Assembly: GCA_022072125.1 (NCBI GenBank)
Contig: JAJVIH010000054.1
Coordinates: forward strand, 20,368-84,367
Reading direction: 5' to 3'
Length of the DNA: 64,000 nt
Source: Myxococcota bacterium
GTDB taxonomy: Bacteria > Myxococcota > JAJVIH01
Translations under genes and position numbers: made by a program
Shown here: positions 58,253 through 64,000 of the stretch, in pieces
Numbering within the stretch: position 1 is the stretch's first letter
How the letters are laid out: each line of letters begins with the position of its first letter
Notes under the pieces: model-generated
What the model was told of the DNA's origin: nothing
The model's input: the letters and a program-made list of their open reading frames with translations, nothing else
Database searches by the model: none

Positions 58253-59392
58253 TCAGCCGGCGGAAGCGCCGACCACCTGCTTTTCCATGCCGCGTTCCCA
58301 GAACAGCAGGTAGGCCAGCAAGGCCAAAAGAGGAGAGATGGCCGCCGCGATGAAGGTCATGTCAATGCCGCGCCATTCGGCGATGACGCCCGCGGCCAAT
58401 CCCGCACACATGGTTCCCAGGTCAAACGAGGCGAAGTAAATGCTGAAGGCCGAGGGCCGGATTTCCGGCGCCGTCAAATCGGTCACCAAGGCGGCGGAAA
58501 CTGAAACGAAGGCGCCGAATCCGAGTCCCACCAACAGTCCGGCGGCCCACAGGGCGGGCGGCGTGGTGGTCAGGGTGAGAAGGAAAATCCCGGCGGATTG
58601 CACGATCAGACCAGGCAGCATCACCACCAGCCGGCCCTTGCGGTCGCTGACGCGACCCATCACGAAGCGGGACACCAGCACGCCAATTGCATTGGCGATG
58701 AAAAAGCTGCTCACCAGTCCGGGAATCGCGTGCGCCTTGAGCAGCATGGGCAGGAAACTCAGCACGGCGCCGTGGGCCGCCGCGGCGAAGAGCAGGGCGA
58801 TGCTTGGAATCATCAGCACCTTGACGGCCAATACCTCACGCATCGGCATGGCGCTGGGCGGCGTGGGTTTTTCCCCCGCCGGGTCGAAAAGGAAAACCGC
58901 CGAAATGATCGCGCACAGCCCCAATAGAGCCGCCGAGTGGAAGGTTCCCGCGTGATGGCCGGAATTCCACAGATAATCACCCAGGGCAGGGCCCGCGGCC
59001 ATGGCGATGGTGAAGGAGACGCCCATCACGCCCATGATGAAGCCGCGTTTGTTCTCTGGCGCCAGGTCGGAGAGCATCAATTGCGAGGCCATGCTGAACA
59101 TGCCAAGGCCCATGCCGTGAAACAGCCGCAGGAGGATTACACTCCCGGTGCGCGGCAACCAGAGGTACAGCCATGGAAGCAGGGTGATGGCGACCGCGGC
59201 GATGATCATCATCTGGCGGCGGGTCAGCTTTTTCATCAGTTCCGCGGACATGGGCCGGGCCAGCAGAACGCCGATTGAGAAAGCCATCAGCGAATAACCC
59301 ACCTCGCGGGATCCGCCGCCAAGACTTTCCAGGAAACCTGGCATCACCGGCAGCAGGACCGTCAGCGACATGGTGGACCAGAACGAAGCCAT
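58253..59392 (-). CDS. MFS transporter
   Basis: Start at ATG 59392 (MASFWSTMSL); 12-TM organisation with MFS-like loops (..GRVSDRKGRL..). Confidence 0.75.
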   Translation of the reverse strand: MASFWSTMSLTVLLPVMPGFLESLGGGSREVGYSLMAFSIGVLLARPMSAELMKKLTRRQMMIIAAVAITLLPWLYLWLPRTGSVILLRLFHGMGLGMFSMASQLMLSDLAPENKRGFIMGVMGVSFTIAMAAGPALGDYLWNSGHHAGTFHSAALLGLCAIISAVFLFDPAGEKPTPPSAMPMREVLAVKVLMIPSIALLFAAAAHGAVLSFLPMLLKAHAIPGLVSSFFIANAIGVLVSRFVMGRVSDRKGRLVVMLPGLIVQSAGIFLLTLTTTPPALWAAGLLVGLGFGAFVSVSAALVTDLTAPEIRPSAFSIYFASFDLGTMCAGLAAGVIAEWRGIDMTFIAAAISPLLALLAYLLFWERGMEKQVVGASAG

Positions 59393-59526
59393 GAAGAGGC
59401 TGATGTAGGCGCCTCTCGGACTTGTTTCCGGGATGATGGTGATGGATTGTTGGGAAGGGTTCAAGGTGTGACTGCTGCTGGCGCCGCGCTCCCCCGCGCT
59501 CTCCAATGACTTAATCGTGATTCCCC

Positions 59527-60954
59527 ATGAAACGCAAGCGCTGGAATATCCCGGAACTGGAAGAAATATCACACGGCATTGTCCGTATCCCCGAGCGGGT
59601 GGGCGTGCCGTTCACCCCGCGCGTGCGGCGGATTGCGGACCATTCCTGGTTCCAGCGGCTCCGGCTGGTGCGTCAACTTGGGCCGCTGTGCCTGGTGTAC
59701 CCGGGAGCCATGCACACTCGCTTCGAGCATTCGCTGGGGGTGCTCAGCCGCGCCTGCGCCTGCCTGCGCGCGCTGGAGGCGGAACCCGATGGCCTGTTGC
59801 CGGAAATCGCCAGCGAATACGATGTGCGCTGCTGCCTCGCCGCCGCGCTGCTGCATGACATGGGGCATTTTCCTTTCGCCCACGCTTTCGAGGAACTGGC
59901 GCCGGATGTATTTCACCACGCCCGCTTTTCCATTGAATTTATCCGGGGGACCATCGTCAAGCGCTCTGCCGCCCTGAAACACCCGGAACCGCTTCCCGGG
60001 TTGCTGCGCAAGGAATGGGAGGTCGAGCCGGACGACGTGGCCCATCTGCTCAACCGGCGGATTGCGCCGGTGCAAATCCGCCCCGAGGCCGCAGGCATTC
60101 TGCGGGGAATCGTGGATGGCCCGGTGGACGCCGACAAACTGGATTATCTCCAGCGCGACAGCCTGCATTGCGGCGTGCCCTACGGACGTTTTCTCGACGA
60201 GGATCGCTTTTTGTCATCGCTCACGGTGGACCCCGTCAGCCGCGCCCGCCTGGCCCTCACCGAAAAGGGACGCATTTCCGCTGAATTGTTCTTGTTCTGC
60301 CGCTACGCCATGTTCAGCGAGGTCTACTGGCACCATTCCGGCCGCTCCTTCACCGCCATGATCAACGCCGCGGTGGCGCACGCCGCCAATACCCTGGGCC
60401 GCGATGTGTTCATCCGGGAGTTTTTCGCCATCGCTTTCCAGCGCGGAGACGACGACATCCTCAAATGGCTGGCGGAGTCTGGCGCGCCCGGGGCCATTGA
60501 ACTGATCAACCATGTACTGGAGCGCCGCATTTTCAAACGTTTCGCGGTGATCGAGAGCGGTGAGCGGCAGCAGCATATTTACAGCGCGTTGATGGAGGCG
60601 CGCCGCGCCGGACGGCGGGATCGCCTGACAGCCTTTCATGGGGAATTGCTGGAGCGGCTGATCAAACGCCTGGGCATGAAAATTCAGCCCTGGGAACTGT
60701 TGCTGGATATTCCCGATCCGGAAAAAGATCGGGCGGGGGATCTGCCGTTTCTACCGGGTGATGGGGGACCGCCCGTCAACCTGGGGACGATTTCCCAGCT
60801 CTGGCAAGGGGTGATGAAGGATTTCCCGCGCTGGGTGCGGAAAATCCGGTTCTTTGTCGCACCCCGGGTGGCGGATGCAGCGGAGCGGAAACTCCCGCGC
60901 GGTCAGCGCACCCTGCTGGTTCAGGACGCCCTGGAATTCGCCGGGCTGCTTTGA
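59527..60954 (+). CDS. HD-domain dNTP triphosphohydrolase-like protein (dGTPase/SAMHD1 family)
   Basis: HD motif RFEHSLGV..LLHDMGHFPFAH and DADKLDYLQRDSLHCGV block typical of dGTP triphosphohydrolase-like HD proteins. Confidence 0.8.
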   Translation: MKRKRWNIPELEEISHGIVRIPERVGVPFTPRVRRIADHSWFQRLRLVRQLGPLCLVYPGAMHTRFEHSLGVLSRACACLRALEAEPDGLLPEIASEYDVRCCLAAALLHDMGHFPFAHAFEELAPDVFHHARFSIEFIRGTIVKRSAALKHPEPLPGLLRKEWEVEPDDVAHLLNRRIAPVQIRPEAAGILRGIVDGPVDADKLDYLQRDSLHCGVPYGRFLDEDRFLSSLTVDPVSRARLALTEKGRISAELFLFCRYAMFSEVYWHHSGRSFTAMINAAVAHAANTLGRDVFIREFFAIAFQRGDDDILKWLAESGAPGAIELINHVLERRIFKRFAVIESGERQQHIYSALMEARRAGRRDRLTAFHGELLERLIKRLGMKIQPWELLLDIPDPEKDRAGDLPFLPGDGGPPVNLGTISQLWQGVMKDFPRWVRKIRFFVAPRVADAAERKLPRGQRTLLVQDALEFAGLL

Positions 60955-61040
60955 CATCCGGCGGCGGGTGTCTCATTCCCTCGCGGCCAGAGCGGCGGCA
61001 GGGGTGAAACCCGGTTCAGCGGGCGGACGGACGGCGACTA

Positions 61041-62090
61041 TCATGGGCAACGGTTGCCCGGTTTCAGGCAATAGCCGAATTCGCGTCCGCCGCTGGTGCT
61101 TTTGCAGCAGACTTCCCCGGATCCGCAGCAGGTATCCGAGCAGCGGTAGGCCGAGAACGTGCAGGTTAGTCCGCATTTGCCTGCGGAACAGGTGGCGTTG
61201 GAGACGTCCTTCCGTCCTTCCGGACACTTCTTTCCGCAGTCGCCACAGTGTTTCGGGTCGCGGCTGGTGTCCGTGCAGATATCTTCCCCTTCGGCGGATT
61301 TACAGAGTTTTTCCGTGGCCTCGCACTGGATTTTGCACACCCCGCTTTCGCAAACCGCCTCGCCGCCGCTTGCGCCGGCGTCACAGACCTTTCCACAGCC
61401 GCTGCAGTTGTTGGGATCGCTGCGGATATCCACGCAGCCGCCGTTGCAGACGGCGTGGCCAAAGGGGCATTCCGTGACGCATTTGCTATTCAGGCATTTG
61501 GCGGTTCCGCCGCCCGGTTGCTCACAGTAGGCGCCACAGAATCCGCAGTTGCCCGGATCGGTTGTGGTGTCCACGCAGCGGCCTTCGCACATGCTCATGG
61601 TTCCCTTGCACTTCAGGCCGCATCCGCCGGCGTTGCAGACCGCGTCGGCGTTGGGCGCGCCCGGGCATTTGAAGCCGCAGCTTCCGCAGTTCTCCGTATC
61701 GGTTTTCAGGTTGGCGCAGCCGCGCGGACAGGGGGTTTCGCCGCTCCGGCAATCGCCTCCGCCTCCGCCGGAATCCTGCGGTGGGGGAATGTCCGGAGAG
61801 GACAGATCACTTCCGCCGCCGGAGCGATCGGTTACGCCTGCGTCGGGGCATAAACCCTCGATCACGCAAACGCCGTTGCAGAGTTCAAATCCATCCGTGC
61901 AGGAGACGGGTTTTCCGCCCTGGTCGCCCAGGCTGGCGTCGGAGCCGCTGGCGCCGGTCCCGCCGCCGCTGGTGGAGCCGCCCGAGATAAACCCGCCCTT
62001 TTTAACGGCCTCCTCGCCGCCGCAAGCGTCCAGCGCCACCAGCAGGGCGCACAAACCCGTCAGCCGGAGCAGAAGCGATTTTGCAGTCAT
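61041..62090 (-). CDS. Cys-rich repeat lipoprotein (CGxCG-type repeats)
   Basis: Start at ATG 62090 (MTAKSLLLRLTGLCALLVALDAC, lipobox); Gly/Ser linker; about 8 repeats of D..NCGxCGxxC..G.C. Confidence 0.7.
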   Translation of the reverse strand: MTAKSLLLRLTGLCALLVALDACGGEEAVKKGGFISGGSTSGGGTGASGSDASLGDQGGKPVSCTDGFELCNGVCVIEGLCPDAGVTDRSGGGSDLSSPDIPPPQDSGGGGGDCRSGETPCPRGCANLKTDTENCGSCGFKCPGAPNADAVCNAGGCGLKCKGTMSMCEGRCVDTTTDPGNCGFCGAYCEQPGGGTAKCLNSKCVTECPFGHAVCNGGCVDIRSDPNNCSGCGKVCDAGASGGEAVCESGVCKIQCEATEKLCKSAEGEDICTDTSRDPKHCGDCGKKCPEGRKDVSNATCSAGKCGLTCTFSAYRCSDTCCGSGEVCCKSTSGGREFGYCLKPGNRCP

Positions 62091-62172
62091 GACAATCCCC
62101 TGAAATGATCGAGGCGTTCCCACGCGGAGGCCACATCATACTTGTTTTTGTTCAAAGCGCCACCGTCCGCGC

Positions 62173-63678
62173 CTATTCCATGCGATAAACATCCCATTGC
62201 CGGACGCCCACATCTATTTCGCAGACATCCCTGCTGATGACGAATTCAAAATGGGTTTCCCCATTCAGGTGGAGGGCGGACCAGATGAGGTTGGAGGATC
62301 CGCCGAAATTGTCGAAATTCTTGTTGCAGCGCCCCGCCGGCAGCCTGAATGGGCGGGGTCTCGCCTGGAATCCGCTCTCGCTGCCTTCATAAATATCCCA
62401 ACGGCTGACCCCAACCTCGCTGTCGCATTCATCACTGACCACCACCAACTCCGGAATAAGGTCGCAATTGATGGTGTTCAAGTGGTGCCTCAGGACGCTG
62501 GAAGGGTTCACGATCCGGTTGAATTTGGTGCTGCAGCGGGCAGGGGGAATGGTGAAGCGGCGTGGGGTGACGGTGAACCCCGCGGCGCCGCCGTTGTAGA
62601 CATCCCAATGCGTGTCGCCCACCTCAATCGAGCAATTCTCCGCGGTGACCACCAGATCGGGGCGGCGGTCATTGTTGAGGTTGAGCAGGACGTAATTCAG
62701 GTTGCCGCTGTTGGCGAGACGGTCCCATTTTCCGCCGCAACGCACGGGGGGCAGGGAGTACCGCGCGGGAACCATGGCGAAGCCATCCGGGCCGCCTGTG
62801 TAGACATCCCAGTGGGTTACGCCCAGGTTGGCGTCGCATTCATCGCCATGGACCACTAGGTCCGGAATGCCGTCCGCCGTCAGGTCGAACAGGCCGTAAT
62901 CCAGTTCGCCGGTGTTGGCGATGCGATCGAATCTGGTGTTGCAGCGCGCTGGTGGAATCTTGTACTTGCGTGGGACCGGACCGATTCCATCGCGCGAGCC
63001 ATTGTAGATATCCCAGAAGTCCTGTCCCACTTGCGGGTCGCAATCCTCGCGATGGACCACAATATCGGCGAAACGATCATTGTTCATGTCCAGCAAGACA
63101 TGCTTGGCGCCGCCACTGTAATGGAGATCAAAACTGGTGTTGCAGCGCGCCGGAGGGATTTTGAAGGTCCGCGGCCGCAGGGCGAAACCGCTGTCGAGGT
63201 TGTCATAGACATCCCAATGGCTGTTGACCATGGACTTGTCGCAATCATCCTTGCTGATCACCAGGTCCGGCAGTCCATCGGCGTTCCAGTCTTGCAGATG
63301 GTGGGTGACGCCCTCGCCCCGGCCTGCGATATTGTAAAAATTATCTCCGCAGCGGGCGGCCGGGATCGGAAAGTTCATGGGCCGGGCCGCCATTCCCTTT
63401 CCCAGGGCCGGGTTGCATTGCAAATCCGGGCCGCCGCCCCCTCCGCCGCCGGAATCTCCGCCGCCGGTGTCATGGTTTCCTCCGCCTTCTCCGTTTCCGC
63501 CACCGGAGTCGAAGGTTCCCCCGCCGCCGGAATCCGGCGCTCCCCCGCCGCCAGAACTTCCTCCGCCGGGAACAAACCCGCCTTGAGAAGGTTTTTCAGA
63601 TCCTCCGCACGCCATCATGGACAACGCGGAGATGGTCAGGGCGAACAGGCAGGACGGGTAAAAACAGGACCGGTTCAT
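62173..63678 (-). CDS. lipoprotein with six FG-GAP-like tandem repeats
   Basis: Start at ATG 63678 (MNRSCFYPSCLFALTISALSMMAC, lipobox); Gly-rich linker; six repeats of about 67 aa each with IPPARC, DxNxDGxPDLVV, DECD, HWDVY. Confidence 0.7.
   Translation of the reverse strand: MNRSCFYPSCLFALTISALSMMACGGSEKPSQGGFVPGGGSSGGGGAPDSGGGGTFDSGGGNGEGGGNHDTGGGDSGGGGGGGPDLQCNPALGKGMAARPMNFPIPAARCGDNFYNIAGRGEGVTHHLQDWNADGLPDLVISKDDCDKSMVNSHWDVYDNLDSGFALRPRTFKIPPARCNTSFDLHYSGGAKHVLLDMNNDRFADIVVHREDCDPQVGQDFWDIYNGSRDGIGPVPRKYKIPPARCNTRFDRIANTGELDYGLFDLTADGIPDLVVHGDECDANLGVTHWDVYTGGPDGFAMVPARYSLPPVRCGGKWDRLANSGNLNYVLLNLNNDRRPDLVVTAENCSIEVGDTHWDVYNGGAAGFTVTPRRFTIPPARCSTKFNRIVNPSSVLRHHLNTINCDLIPELVVVSDECDSEVGVSRWDIYEGSESGFQARPRPFRLPAGRCNKNFDNFGGSSNLIWSALHLNGETHFEFVISRDVCEIDVGVRQWDVYRME
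62176..63381 (-). repeat. six tandem coding repeats (about 200 bp each) within the FG-GAP-like lipoprotein gene
   Basis: Repeat units read at protein level (PxxFxIPPARC...HWDVY); DNA-level identity not computed. Confidence 0.55.
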
Positions 63679-63804
63679 GTGGGCATCCATACTCCCGGTC
63701 CGGCGGCGGGCGCAACCGCCGGGCGAGGATGCTCTTGACGGGCCGCCGGGCATGCGTCATGTGTCCCGCCCGGATTTTTTCTCTCACCGATGGACTGATT
63801 GATC

Positions 63805-64000
63805 ATGCGCTTGCTGGTGATGATTTTATTATTGCATCCTTGTGTCGCCGCCGCCACCCCGGCGTCGGCGGTTCCGGTGATGTCGCCCCCGGACGCCGCG
63901 ACGGTCACGGCGCCAACGGCGGATTCTCCATCCACCGCCACGCTGTCCGCCGGGCCAGCCACCATGACTGTTTTCGCACAGCCCGCCACGGATACCGCCG
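63805..64000 (+). CDS. secreted protein, 5' fragment running off the window edge
   Basis: ATG at 63805 then MRLLVMILLLHPCVAAATPASA (signal-peptide-like), open to the window end; absent from the ORF track because no stop is reached. Confidence 0.4.
   Translation, partial: MRLLVMILLLHPCVAAATPASAVPVMSPPDAATVTAPTADSPSTATLSAGPATMTVFAQPATDTA

Noticed and set aside
63675-63989. 104-aa minus-strand ORF at the window edge
   Set aside because: Antisense to a better-supported plus-strand signal-peptide ORF starting at 63805
1-64000. CRISPR array, rRNA, transposase/integrase, prophage
   Set aside because: No regularly spaced short direct repeats, no rRNA-like conserved stretches, and no protein with integrase/transposase motifs was seen

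Overview
GC-rich (roughly two-thirds G+C by eye) bacterial chromosomal window, most consistent with a Myxococcota-type genome: one protein ends in a MYXO-CTERM-like sorting signal, and there are several Cys-rich secreted lipoproteins and an FHA/zinc-ribbon protein. I call about 50 protein-coding genes, one tRNA-Ser(GCU), two stem-loop terminators and one perfect palindromic operator. Housekeeping anchors are rnc, rimO, lptD, recD2, hutU and a YihY-family gene. I found no CRISPR array, no rRNA and no integrase or transposase. The most interesting candidates are: (1) a convergent lipid/glycolipid tailoring cluster at 44436-52421 (sugar aminotransferase, epimerase, CFA-synthase-like methyltransferase with its own ACP, acyl-ACP desaturase, second methyltransferase, flippase, GT4); (2) a translationally coupled NUDIX - AMMECR1 - PEP-utilising-enzyme operon; (3) an envelope operon of LTD lipoprotein - prolyl oligopeptidase - putative outer-membrane protein; (4) a DNA-repair-like string (Mpg, SplB-like radical SAM, class V aminotransferase, DUF4920, HNH) behind an AT-rich island; (5) an ArsR/SRPBCC divergent pair with a perfect palindrome. 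All functional calls come from motif recognition by eye on the supplied translations; no database search or computation was run, and gene starts are approximate. Many long ORFs in the six-frame track are antisense or frame-shifted shadows typical of GC-rich DNA and are rejected.
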